Positions 11,976-24,057 are shown, counted from the stretch's first letter. The stretch is 64,000 bases of DNA from Octopus vulgaris (GCA_951406725.2 OX597824.1:81096001-81160000), one strand, 5' to 3'. A program made the numbers and translations. Notes: a model not told the origin generated them from the sequence alone.

Positions 11976-12701
11976 GATCGGTAATATAAAGGTGCCAAGA
12001 TTATTGCGATATCTTTATGTAATATATCATTTCTTGCCCGATGGCAAACTTTCAACGTAGAAATATATTAATATTTAAATGAGAAAAAAAAGAAAGAAGA
12101 AAGAAAGAAAGAAAGAAAGAGATGAATTAGAAATTGGATGATAAATAACGGAGTATGAGATATATATGGATGCACGAATGGGTTAAAAAAATATCTAAAT
12201 TTTCCGGTTTCTTTATTTTGCGACTTGACTGTTCGTTCACGAAATTTCATAAAGTTTATGTAATATTTCACGTATGTAATTTGTCGTTCATATTTTTGTT
12301 TATACTTCACTGAAATTGTATGTATATCTGCATAGAATCTGAAGCCTGAAATAATTTATTTAAAGTATGTAAGGATCTTCAATGAGATTAATAGATATGA
12401 GGAGTGTAAATTATAGTGTTTAAGACATTTATCGTTCGTCAGATAGATAGATAGATAGAGAGAGAGAGAGGAGAGGGGGTGGATAAGAGAGAGGAGAGGG
12501 GGGAGGTAGATGAGAGAGAGAATGGAATACTGAGACAGAAATCTGAGGATTATCTACTTATTTAGAACAACGATTTCAGGAGTGGGTAAACTCCTTGGAG
12601 TTTTCAGAAATCTGCTGTCCGTAGATTATCTTATGCTAAATTACTTACTTTTTAGATACATTCACACCCACACATACACACACACGTTTATATATATATA
12701 T

Positions 12702-12900
12702 AAAGTGAAAGTTTACGAAAATAAACAAAAGACGAAGGCAGGTGGTGTACAAACAAACAAATGTATTAGTATAGCGCTCAAGAATAGAAAAAGTCTTTTA
12801 CGTTTCGAGCCTACGCTCTTCTACAGAAAGATACACGGAAAAAAAACAAGGAGAGAAACAAGGAGAGAAAAAAATGTGTGTAATAGCTAACGATCTATCA
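12702..12900 (-). mobile_element. PLE pseudo-LTR-like element (HHR family 2) ending in (TA)n
   Basis: Homologous to 29638-29828 and 50356-50528; the 3' end abuts TA repeats in every copy. Confidence 0.8.
12794..12831 (-). ncRNA. Minimal type I hammerhead-like motif, variant core CUGUAGA
   Basis: Minus strand ucuuu-CUGUAGA-a-gagc(guag)gcuc-GAAA-cg-UA-aaaga; stem I 5 bp, stem II 4 bp, palindromic ACGU stem III. Confidence 0.6.
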
Positions 12901-13014
12901 ATATATATATTGGTAAAAACGGTAAGATAACAAAAGAAGGAAAGAGACCTCAATATTATGTAAATAGAGGAATTTATCTGTAAATGTAATATGTGACAAT
13001 TATTTAGTAGCCAA

Positions 13015-13075
13015 GATAAAGCTCTGACTTTCAGATGCCAAGGTGGAAATCCACACCACCATTTCTTCAGTTATC
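13015..13075 (-). ncRNA. Degenerate type I hammerhead-like motif in a TA-adjacent element (12910-13075)
   Basis: Minus strand gauaa-CUGAAGA-(long stem II containing gugg/ccac)-GAAA-gucagagcu-uuauc; stem III resembles the cucagag of the 15635 HHR with two changes. Confidence 0.45.
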
Positions 13076-13137
13076 TGGCACCTGTGACGTTGCAACTCAT
13101 TTCTACAGCTGAGTGAACTGGAGCAACGTGTGTGTGT

Positions 13138-13471
13138 GAAGGCGCATGGCTCAGTGGTTAGAGCGTGGAGCTTACGATCGTGAGGTTGTGATTTCGAATC
13201 CCGGACCGGGTTGCGTGTTGTGTTCTTGAGCAAGACACTTTATTTCACGTTGCTCCAGTTCACTCAGCTGTAGAAATGAGTTGCGACGTCACAGTTGCCA
13301 AGCTGTATCGGCCGTTGCCTTTCCCTTGGATAACACTGGTGGCGTGGAGAGGGGAGGCCGATATGCATGGGCGACTGCTGGTCTTCCATAAACAACCTTG
13401 ACCGGACTTGTGCCTAGGAGGGTAACTTTCTAGGTGCAATTCCATGGTCAGTCATGACCGAAGGGGGTCTC
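13138..13471 (+). mobile_element. SINE family C (tRNA head, CORE-like domain, distinct tail)
   Basis: tggctcagtggttagagcg..ttcgaatcccgg..ttcttgagcaagacactttatttcacgttgctccag..catgaccgaagggggtctc; homologous to 20849-21184 and 57195-57530. Confidence 0.9.
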
Positions 13472-13554
13472 ATCACTTGTCACGACTTGTAGCAGCTGTC
13501 TCTTAAGTGTTTCTGTTTTGTTTCTGGTTTCCTACTCTCAGTTTCTCAAGAACT

Positions 13555-13648
13555 GTTCTAAGGCAGTTAGTCAAAAGTCCCCAAATCTAAAACTAATTGT
13601 ACTAAGGCCGTTCGTCCCTAAATCTAAAACTAATCGTTCTAAGGCAGT
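13555..13648. repeat. Short tandem duplication, ~37-46-bp unit
   Basis: gtccc(c/t)aaatctaaaactaat..ctaaggc occurs twice; gt(t/a)ctaaggc occurs three times. Confidence 0.7.
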
Positions 13649-13828
13649 GTTATCCAAGGGAAAGTCAAAGGTTGATACAGCTTGGCACCTGTGACGTCGC
13701 AACTCATCCCTACAGCTGAGTGAACTAAAGCGTCTTGCTCAAGAACACAACACACAACCCGGTCCGGGATTCGAACTCACAAGCTCACGATCGCAAGCTC
13801 GACGCTCTAACCACTGAGCCATGCGCAT
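13648..13828 (-). mobile_element. SINE family C, partial inverted copy
   Basis: Reverse complement of the head, part of the CORE and the ggtgccaagctgtatc..cccttggataacac segment. Confidence 0.85.
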
Positions 13829-14273
13829 TCACTCATGCCAAGTACTGTCCTCATATTTTCTTCACTCAAGGTTGATGAATGCCATTACATAGATGAGGGT
13901 ACTCAATTTTGCGTGTGCGTATGTATACGTGTGCATGTTTGTACGTATTTCTATACACGTGCATACGAGTATGAATGCATACTTGCATAAATAAATAGCT
14001 AAATGCATTATACACATTTACGTACTTACACGAACGCATATAAGACGATTGTATTGATATCGGAATTCTAAGGAGATAAATTTTGTGTCGTTGGTTAAAA
14101 AGCGATTGTGTTTCCCTTGGTGAGCAATTTGCAAAATGAAATGAAAAAAATAAAAGAAACAAAAACATCCATACTCTTGCGTATGTTAGTGCGTCAACGT
14201 ATATGAGTGTGTGTGTGTGTGTTTATGTGCGCGTGTGTATATATATATATATGTATGTGTATATATATGTGTA

Positions 14274-14331
<58 letters not shown>

Positions 14332-14332
<1 letters not shown>

Positions 14333-14730
14333 TTTATTTTAAGCAGCAGAAAATTCAACAAAATCTGTTACTCTGAGTTTCTCGTTGCCGTTCATCAGAC
14401 AGTTTTTGCTAGAATGGAACCGATATATCAATTCAATCTAGACTCTTACAAACGCTACACCTTTAAAAAGAAATGGACTTGTTTGATTGGCCCTTTAGAA
14501 AAAAACGGTCAATCTTCGAGCGATAAACAAAAAGGTCAAAAATATATGTATATATATATAAAAAAACTTATAAAAAATTATAAAATCCGAGGAAAAAAAC
14601 CTTACATTGAATAAATTACATATTGACGTTAATGAAGAAAGTATAAATTAATTCATAGGAATTAAACCTGTTATAAATATTACACTGCAATACATATTTT
14701 TATTAAAATGTGCATATATATATCAACATA
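14332..14730 (-). mobile_element. HHR family 1 element, left arm of a 400-bp inverted repeat
   Basis: Reverse complement of 15314-15711 with about 4 differences by eye; the 3' end abuts (TA)n at 14280-14331. Confidence 0.9.
14359..14408 (-). ncRNA. Type I hammerhead ribozyme motif
   Basis: Exact reverse complement of 15635-15684. Confidence 0.75.
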
Positions 14731-15313
14731 ATAGGATTACCTTGATTATTTATATTACCTTGATTATTTATAAATGATCCAAAGTAGGGTGTTATATTTT
14801 ATTTTATATGTCTTTCGTATATATTTTTATTAATGCACCCATTCTATTAAAAAAAGCAATGTTTTTAAAAAAAGCAATGTTGTCAAAATTAAAATGTTGA
14901 TGTAAGTATGTGTATAGCCGAGGATATGTATTTGTAAGCATGCGTATCTGTGTATGTGTAAGTGAGAGTATGTTTGTGCTTAAGCACACATATACACGAC
15001 TGTATGTGTATGTATCAATTCGAACTTGTTTGTATACTTGTCTCCATATATGCCAATAATGCCGTTACACAGATTGTATACATAATTTTTTCTTATTTCG
15101 TTTTTTTCCCCACCCCTCCTTCATTCCTTTTTCTCTCTCTTCCTTTCTTTCGTCCCCCCCCCTTACTCAGTATACGAGAATCGCTACATACGTGATTTTT
15201 AACTTGCGTGCGAGATGGTTTGCGTGAATATATGTACACATGCATTTATGTGTGTATTTAGATTTATATTCATACGTCTGTATATGTATGGCGTTGGCGC
15301 GCATCCTTTTGTG

Positions 15314-15778
15314 TATGTTGATATATATATGCACATTTTAATAAAAATATGTATTGCAGTGTAATATTTATAACAGGTTTAATTCCTATGAATTAATTTA
15401 TACTTTCTTCATTAACGTCAATATGTATTTTATTCAATGTAAGGTTTTTTCCTCGGATTTTATAAGTTTTTATAAGTTTTTTTATATATATATACATATA
15501 TTTTTGACCTTTTTGTTTATCGCTCGAAGATTGACCGTTTTTTTCTAAAGGGCCAATCAAACAAGTCCATTTCTTTTTAAAGGTGTAGCGTTTGTAAGAG
15601 TCTAGATTAAATTGATATATCGGTTCCATTCTAGCAAAAACTGTCTGATGAACGGCAACGAGAAACTCAGAGTAACAGATTTTGTTGAATTTTCTGCTGC
15701 TTAAAATAAAGCATATTACTCTACCACTGGTATTTGAGAACTCTTTTTTCCACCTTGTTTCACATTTGTGTTTACTCC

Positions 15779-15780
<2 letters not shown>
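15314..15780 (+). mobile_element. HHR family 1 element, right arm plus 3' extension ending in (TA)n
   Basis: Arm 15314-15711 pairs with 14332-14730; it continues to tttactccgg and then (TA)n from 15781. Confidence 0.85.
15635..15684 (+). ncRNA. Type I hammerhead ribozyme motif (dimer-type stem III)
   Basis: caaaaacugu-CUGAUGA-a-cg(gcaa)cg-a-GAAA-cucagag-UA-acagauuuug. Stem I has 9/10 bp, the core is canonical, stem III is the palindrome acuc-a-gagu, and GUA cleavage is predicted after 15674. Confidence 0.78.
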
Positions 15781-15815
<35 letters not shown>

Positions 15816-15829
15816 TATTTTACTATTTT

Positions 15830-16036
15830 ACTATTTTACTTGTTTCAGTCATTTGACTGTGGCCATGCTGGAGCACCGCCTTTAGTCGAGCAACTCGACC
15901 CCGGGACTTATTCTTTGTAAGCCCAGTATTCTATCGGTCTCTTTTGCCGAACCGCTAAGTGACGGGGACATAAACACACCAGCATCGGTTGTCAAGCAAT
16001 GCTAGGAGGACAAACACAGACACACAAACACATACA

Positions 16037-16086
<50 letters not shown>

Positions 16087-16234
16087 TACGACGGGCTTCT
16101 TTCAGTTTCCGTCTACCAAATCCACTCACAAGGCTATAGTAGAAGACACTTGCCCAAGGTGCCACGCAGTGGGACTGAACCCGGAACCATGTGGTTGGTA
16201 AGCAAGCTACTTACCACACAGCCACTCCTGCGCC
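15830..16234 (-). mobile_element. SINE family E, full length
   Basis: Reverse complement of the 8490 and 28452 copies, with an internal TA tract. Confidence 0.9.
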
Positions 16235-16246
16235 TATATATATATG

Positions 16247-16267
<21 letters not shown>

Positions 16268-16292
<25 letters not shown>

Positions 16293-16400
16293 TGTGTGTG
16301 TTTGTGTGTCTGTGTTTGTCCCCCTAGCATTGCTTGACAACCGATGCTGGTGTGTTTATGTCCCCGTCACATAGCGGTTCGGCAAAAGAGACCGATAGAA
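16268..16400 (+). mobile_element. SINE family E partial, inverted relative to 15830-16234
   Basis: gtgtctgtgtttgtccccctagcattgcttgacaaccgatgctgg..gagaccgatagaat is near-perfectly complementary to ~15928-16060. Confidence 0.85.
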
Positions 16401-16411
16401 TATATATATAT

Positions 16412-16707
16412 ATTCTTATTCGTGCTATCATTATTGTTTTTACGTATTTTTATTCGTGTAACGTCGTCCGTTTTCCGTCCTTGTTTTGTATACATTCGAG
16501 GCTTTCTTCCAAGGAATCTAATGCGCTTGGCTTAGATTTTCCTTTGGGGCTGGCCGGGTCGGAGCGATCTCGAGATTAATCAGCCGAAATTGCTAGGATG
16601 ATCCGGTTTTTGACTGAAGATTGAGGGCTTCGAATGTCCCGTCCGTGTTTTTTGTGTCGTCTTCTAAATGTTTCACGTTCTTGTCCCAGTTTGTAGTTTT
16701 TTACTTT

Positions 16708-16710
<3 letters not shown>
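16412..16710 (+). mobile_element. Unclassified TA-flanked repeat (second copy near 44480-44770)
   Basis: ggaatctaatgcgcttggcttagattttc..gatctcgag..ccgaaat..tgactgaaga..gaatgtccc aligns with the reverse complement of ~44590-44725. Confidence 0.65.
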
Positions 16711-16756
<46 letters not shown>

Positions 16757-16918
16757 GCACAGGCACACACACAGAAACACAGACATACACACATATATAC
16801 ATAGATATATAGATATATATATTCATATCTGCTTCTATTCATGCATATAACTGTTTATGTATGAATGTATGTACGTACGTAAGTGCATATGTATGTATGT
16901 ATGTTTGTATCTACCTAC

Positions 16919-16996
<78 letters not shown>

Positions 16997-17149
16997 CTCT
17001 ATCTCTGCATATATACAAGGACACACATACATGAGGACATGGATAAACGCATATAAACTTCAACCGATTTCTATTCACACCACGTACAGTATTCATTGCA
17101 ACATAATTACATTGTCTTTCAGATATATAAATTCGACTTGGCGGTGCGG

Positions 17150-17168
17150 CATAAATATATAAATATAC

Positions 17169-17236
<68 letters not shown>

Positions 17237-17425
17237 GTATATATAAATAGATATATATATATATATATACATACACGAAAATATGAGAGTGTGTGTATGT
17301 GTGTGCGTGTGCCTGTATATATTTGCATAAATATATACATATACTATATATATATATATATATATGTATGTATTATGTATATGTATGTGTATATATATGT
17401 ATACATATATACATACATATATATG

Positions 17426-17458
<33 letters not shown>

Positions 17459-17693
17459 CATACATATATATGTACTATATATATATATATACATATGTAT
17501 GTCCATACATGTGTATACATCTACACATATATTCATGTTTGTTTGTATGTAGGTATGAATGTATGTATGTACGTAACTATTTATTTATGTACATATGCAG
17601 GTATGAATGTATGTATGTGAGTATGTATGTGTATATACATGAATGTATGCATATGACTATATATATATACGTGTGTGTATGTGTTTGTGTGTG

Positions 17694-17744
<51 letters not shown>

Positions 17745-18843
17745 TTGTCAATACCAAACCTCATGGGAAAGAAATTAGCACCGATGCTTTGGTTTGAAGA
17801 ATACAGAATCGAGAATGCGATACGTTCTTGAATTAAAGGATAAATCAATTATATTGGACTCACAGTTCTGATAATAAAGAACTAATTTGTGAGAGATTAA
17901 GGAATCTGCTGGAAGAATAATCACCTGTCATTTATAGTTCAGCCAGACTTTTGCAATTGTCTTATGTTGCATCACACTTCAGTGAGACAACGTGATCCGT
18001 AATGGCGGAGCGGTGAACGAAATTTTCAGCTTCGACCAAATAAATTGGTTTTGAAGGTGATTTATGTATGCATGTAATGTATGCATGTATGTATGTATGA
18101 ATGTGTGTATCTATGTATGTATGTATGTATGTATGCATGCAATTATGTATGTATGTATGTATGCATGCAATTATGTATGCGTGCATGCATGAATAGATTT
18201 ATGTATGTATGTAGCAGGGCGTGTTTGTATGTGTGTGTATGTATGTTTATCTTATTGTTATGTATGTATGTATGTATGTATGTATGTATGTATGTGTGTA
18301 TGAATGTGTGTATCAATGTATGTATGTATGTATGTATGTATGTATGTATGTATGTATGTATGTGTGTATGTATGCGTGGATATGTATGTGCGTAAGTATG
18401 AATGTATCAAGGCACGTATGTATGTGTATGTATGTATGTTTATGTTATGTTATGTATGTATGTATGTATGTATGTATGTATGTATGTATGCATATATGTG
18501 CATGAATATGTATATACATATGTATGCATGTATGTATGTATGCATGCATGGATAGATTTATGTATCTGCATAAGTATGTATGTATGTTACGTTATGTTAT
18601 GTTATGTATGTATGCATGCATGGATAGATTTTTGTATGTGCATAAGTATGTATGCATGTATATGTATATATGTATGTTTGCATATGTGTGTACGGATATA
18701 TATATATATATGTATGCATGTATGCATGCAAGTATGTATGTCTATACGCATATGTATCTAAGTATTTATATACGTATGTACGTCTATCTGTGTATGAATG
18801 AATGTATGTGTGTATATATATGTGTGTGTATATTTTATGTGTG

Positions 18844-18892
<49 letters not shown>

Positions 18893-18984
18893 CTGTGTAT
18901 GTATGTTACATATGAATTTGTATATAAATATGTGTTTGCATGCATGTACATATGTGTGCGTATATGAGTACATAGATATGTGTA

Positions 18985-19040
<56 letters not shown>

Positions 19041-19306
19041 AGCAAAAAGCACACGTAAAATCACATAGAGCATCATACATACGTAGATACACAGACAAAC
19101 ACACACACACACAAGGACATATATATACGTGAATTTTTTATGTGTATGTAAGTTTATATCCATGTACCGCGCATAAATAATGCTTCCGTATATCAATGTA
19201 TGTACGTATGTCATATTCTTGTATGTATATATGTATGTATGTATATATGTATAGGTGCTCATAAATTTCATATTATGTAAATGTGTATGTTTATGCAAGA
19301 ATGTAT

Positions 19307-19370
<64 letters not shown>
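17150..19370. repeat. Compound (TA)n/(TATG)n/(TG)n microsatellite field
   Basis: Directly visible; contains one ~310-bp unique insert at 17745-18060. Confidence 0.9.
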
Positions 19371-20221
19371 CGCGTTTGGATATATCTTTACCCGTATATG
19401 TGCGTATATATAAATAAACGAATTTGGTAATCTGTTATTTAGATATGTTCAAATATTCTTGTTTGAATATGTATGCAGATACGCATATCTATACATGTAT
19501 AAGCGTGTACATTCTTATATATATCCATTATGCATGTATGTATCTTCCTTGAGATATGTTCAAGTTCGTCTCTGAGTTCAACGCGGTCAATAACAAAGTG
19601 TCATGACTTTTTCTGTTTGAGTTAACATAGATTCTGAGATACGTGATTACGTGAATAATTCAGTGTCTGTATATATGTAGTTATATATGAGGATATAGTT
19701 GCATATGTATTTAATATATAAATACGTAACTTGCTATGTATATGTGTATGAAGCAGACAAATACGACTTCAGGAGTTTTCAACCATTTGTTATCTACAGA
19801 CCCCTTTAATTATTATGTTATTCTCGTGAACCTTCACAGCAATTCGATGTTTAACGTCTACTTTTATAGGGACTTCTTTCAAAATTCCTTTTTTTTCCCA
19901 CACTTTTAATTGTGTGTATTGAAATATGTAAAATGTTAGACAAAGAAACCAGTTTCATGCAATACACACCAATACATACATATAGGGCAACATTTTTTCT
20001 GGGGCCCTTAAACAACTATTTTTTCTTCGATAGAATAAGTACTAGACTTACAAAGAATAAGCGTTGGAGTCGATTAGTTCGACTAAATGCGGTGCTCCAA
20101 GAAAAGGGGGCCCAACCTACGGAAAAGTAAGAAGCTGAGGGTCTCTCACGAACAAGGGCCACCTTCTAGTGGGCATGAAATCCATGATAATTCGATGGTG
20201 TAACCAAAAGCTAATTGAATG

Positions 20222-20606
20222 GGAAGCACTCCGTCGGTTACGACGATGAGGGTTCCGGTTGATCCGAATCAACGGAACAGCCTGCTCGTGAAATTAACGT
20301 GTAAGTGGCTGAGCACTCCACAGACACGTGCACCCTTAACGTAGTTCTCGGGGATATTCAGCGTGACACAGAGTGTGACAAGGCCGGCCCCTTGAAATAC
20401 AGGTTCAACAAAAACAGGAAGTAAGAGTGAGAGAAAGTTGTGGTGAAAGAGTACAGCAGGGATCACCACCATCCCCTGCCGGAGCCTCGTGGAGCTTTAA
20501 GGTGTTTTCGCTCAATAAACACTCACAACGCCCGGTCTGGGAATCGAAACCGCGATCTTATGACTGCGAGTCCGCTGCCCTAACCACTGGGCCATTGCGC
20601 CTCCAC
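20222..20606 (-). mobile_element. SINE family A, full length
   Basis: Reverse complement of 2220-2604; TSD gctaattg(a/g)atg at 20210-20221 and 20607-20618. Confidence 0.9.
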
Positions 20607-20848
20607 GCTAATTGGATGATACACGAACGATAAGGTTGGAGCTTACTCTACAGTTATCGAGGAAGTGATGGAGACGAACACGAAGCGCTCTCGGGGCCCA
20701 ATTTTCTCGAGAGCGAAGGAACCAATGAGCTGATGGCTGAAAGGGCCATGTTTGTAGAATCTAATCGATTCTACTGATCGATGCCAGCTGATCGATGCAA
20801 GCTGTGTGATGCTCTGATCATACTTTCATTTTAGCGTCTTACCTATGT

Positions 20849-21184
20849 GAAGGCGCGTGGCTCAGTGGTTAGAGCGTCGAGCTTACGATCGTGAGGTTGT
20901 GAGCTCGAATCCCGGACCGGGCTGCGTGTTGTGTTCTTGAGCAAGACATTTTATTTCACGTTGTTCCAGTTCACTCAGCTGTAGAAATGAGTTGCGACGT
21001 CACAGGTGCCAAGCTGTATCGGCCCCTTTGCCGTTCCCTTGGACAACATCGGTGACGTGGAGAGGGAGGCCGGTATGCATGGGCGACTGCTGGTCTTCCA
21101 GAAAACAACCTTGCCTAGACTTGTGCCTTAGAGGGTAACTCTCTAGGTGCAATCCCATGGTCAGTGTTTGACCGAAGGGGGTCA
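20849..21184 (+). mobile_element. SINE family C, full length
   Basis: Homologous to 13138-13471. Confidence 0.9.
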
Positions 21185-21750
21185 CCACCACCTATGAGGG
21201 AATGATCTTGCTTCCTTTGTTTTTTTCATCAATATTAGAAGTTTTAGGTAACACCTGTTTCAATACTCTGTATGCATTATGTTTTTTCACCCTGTTTAAT
21301 TTTGTGTAATTTATTAGTAAAACGCTGTTTGTACTGTATGTATAGGAGCTTGTGGCAATCTCAGAAGATCCACTCAGCAGAAGGTGATCAGAGCGAATGG
21401 TGGTTGGCATCGTGGCGTGAACCTACCTTACCTAAATGACCGCGCCACACGCTTTTATTTGTAGGTTGCCCTTAATTCATTCATGTACTAAATTCTTCAT
21501 CTGTTCAGGTATATTATGTTTCTATAAATGCGGTTACGCATTATTTGACGTCTCTACAATAGTCTATGATGGATTTGAAATAAGCGAAAATATAAGAATT
21601 CCTTTCAGGAATTTTTATCCAGAGACAACGGTCTTATTCTTTCATGAAAATGAACGGTTATGCAGTTGTGATTTAGACTAGTTTAATTAGAAAAAAAAAA
21701 ACATCACAGAATTAATTTAAGAAATAGGTTTGAGAATTATTGTTGATACC

Positions 21751-21981
21751 TATTTCTTTATTACCCACAAGGGGCTAAAGACAGAGGGGACAAACAAGGA
21801 CAGACATAGGTATTAAGTCGATTACATCGACCCCAGTGCGTAACTGGTACTTAATTTATCGACCCCGAAAGGATGAAAGGCAAAGTCGACCTCGGCGGAA
21901 TTTGAATTCAGAACGTAACGACAGACGAAATACGGCTACGCATTTCGTCTGGCGTGCTAACGTTTCTGCCAGCTCGCCGCC
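21751..21981 (-). mobile_element. SINE family D, full length
   Basis: 13-bp TSD tattgttgatacc at 21738-21750 and 21982-21994. Confidence 0.92.
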
Positions 21982-22254
21982 TATTGTTGATACCAATTAT
22001 AGCTCAGCTAATACACTTACCAAATTTCTAACGATAAACTACTGTACATAAGTAAGAATTCTTACTAGTAATTGCGAGTGCATATCCATCCCTTTATACT
22101 GAGGTCGATGAATGCTTGGCATTATTAAAATGCCACTTCATATAACAATGGTCAACAAGTATTTTTCATGAAGCATAATTAATCAAGGTGTAATTAGTGT
22201 AGTTTTTAATGCTGATAATAGAAATTCCAATTAATGACATGTATTCTTTTCCTC

Positions 22255-22412
22255 TTTTCTTCTTTTACTTGTTTCAGTCATTTGACTTCGGCCATGCTGG
22301 AGCACCTAGTGCTTGTTCTATCGGTCTCTTTTGCCGAACCACTAGGTCATGGGGACGTAAACACACCAGCATCGGTTGTCAAGCGATGTTGGGGCGACAA
22401 ACGCAGACAGAA

Positions 22413-22450
<38 letters not shown>

Positions 22451-22641
22451 ATACACACACACGCACGCACGCACATATATTTACGACGGGCTTTCAGTTT
22501 CTGTCTACTAAATCCACTCACAAAGCTTTGGTCGGCCCGAGGCTATAGTGGAAGATACTTGCCCATGGTGCCAAGCAGTGGGACTGAACCCGGATCCATG
22601 TGGCTGGGAAGCAAGCTACTTACCACACAGCCACTCCTGCG
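22255..22641 (-). mobile_element. SINE family E nested in the Chapaev-like element
   Basis: Family E head and tail with an internal (CA)n tract; small internal deletion. Confidence 0.88.
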
Positions 22642-22910
22642 TGGATGCATGTATTTCATGTACATCATGGAAACATACCTTTTAAATAAACTACATAATT
22701 CATTGCTGCATGGTTCAGATGCAATATTTCATCATCTTAAATTAACTAATCAAGTTTTGTCTGATGAAATAGGTATATTAACATCTCAAATTCTCCAGTC
22801 ATAATTGGTCTGCTAAAGTATTTCATCATCTTATATTCAATATAAGTATAGCCGTTTGTATCTATTTCGTTGCTTGTTTTACTGTGTTTACGTTGCTTGT
22901 TTTACAATAG

Positions 22911-24057
22911 TGTAGAAATCATCCTGGTGTGTTTTGTTATGCTTATGGACTATCTATTGTGAAAGTTCAAAAACATACACTAAGATCAGAGATCACGAAG
23001 ATTTATAAACTATACTTTGGCTGTCCTCTTGAAGATCAGGAGAAGTTATAGGCACCACATTTTATCTGATCAGCTTGCTCAAATAGCTTATGTGACTGGA
23101 TCAATAAGAAGATGAAGTCCATGCCTTTTGCCATTCCAATGATATGGAGGAAACCGAAAGACCATTTTAATGACTGTTATTTTTGCAAAGTAAATGTCAC
23201 AGGATTTTCTATGAAGAATATGCACAAAATTGTTTATCTCAATTTGGATTCTGCAATGGTACCTGTGCCTCACAATGGAAGTCTATCAATTCCAGTTCCA
23301 CCAGATGGTGGTATTGAAACATCAGATGATGATGCTGACTGTCACGATAGTGCTGCTGAGGAAGATTATGTGGCTGATGCCGATAGCTTTGAACCTCAAA
23401 AATTTTCTCAAGCTGAACTGAACGACCTTGTCAGAGACCTATCCCTGTCAAAAGATAAAGCAGAACTGTTGGCATCAAGACTGAAGGAGAGGTGTCTGCT
23501 AGAACACGGTGTTCATATACCTTATTTTCGGCAGAGAAATGTAGTTCTACAAACGTGTTTTGCTTTTGCAGTAACATCGATGGACTTTTCGAATGTTTAT
23601 CATAAAATCATGATCTCACAGGGTGTTGTTTGTTTATTGACTCTTCAAAACGAAGTTTAAAAATTGTACTTTTCCATAATGGTAATTTGAAGCCCACATT
23701 CCTATTGCACATGAATCATATGGGAAGGCACATGGACTAGTGGTTACAGCAGCGGATTCGCGGTCGATGGATCGCGGGTTCGAATCTCAGACCGGGGTAT
23801 GTGTGTGTTTATGAGCGAAACACCTAAGCTCCACGCGGCTCCGGCAGAAGGTAATAGCGAACTTCTGCTGACTCTTTCGCCACAACTCTCTCTCACTCTT
23901 TCTCACTGCGCCAAGGAAACCAAGGAAACCGCGAAACCGGCCCTTATGAGCCAGTGTGGCTCGAGAAAGAACAAAAAAACAACATGAATCATTTGAGAAT
24001 ATGGAACTTTTACTTCATGTCATTGTATATGAAAGATACTCATGGATAATATGCGTA
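22911..24057 (+). pseudogene. Transposase pseudogene (Chapaev3-like), including ORF 23112..23660
   Basis: CRNHPGVFCY..YKLYFG..DQEK.*APH.., MPFAIPMIWRKPKDHFNDCYFC, FSQAELNDLVRDLSLSKDKAELLASRLKE; frameshifted LFIDSSKRSLKIVLFHNGN; after the SINE, ESFENMELLL..YSWIIC. Stops and frameshifts are present. Confidence 0.85.
23723..23981 (+). mobile_element. SINE family A' inserted in the transposase
   Basis: 14-bp TSD acatgaatcat(a/t)tg at 23709-23722 and 23982-23995. Confidence 0.9.

Noticed and set aside
10961-12055. Longest ORF in the window (364 aa)
   Set aside because: Translation of (TTC)n/(TAG)n repeats.
14207-15629. Two ORFs sharing the peptide MEPIYQFNLDSYKRYTFKKKWTCLIGPLEKNG
   Set aside because: A consequence of the inverted repeat; antisense to the HHR strand and no recognisable domain.
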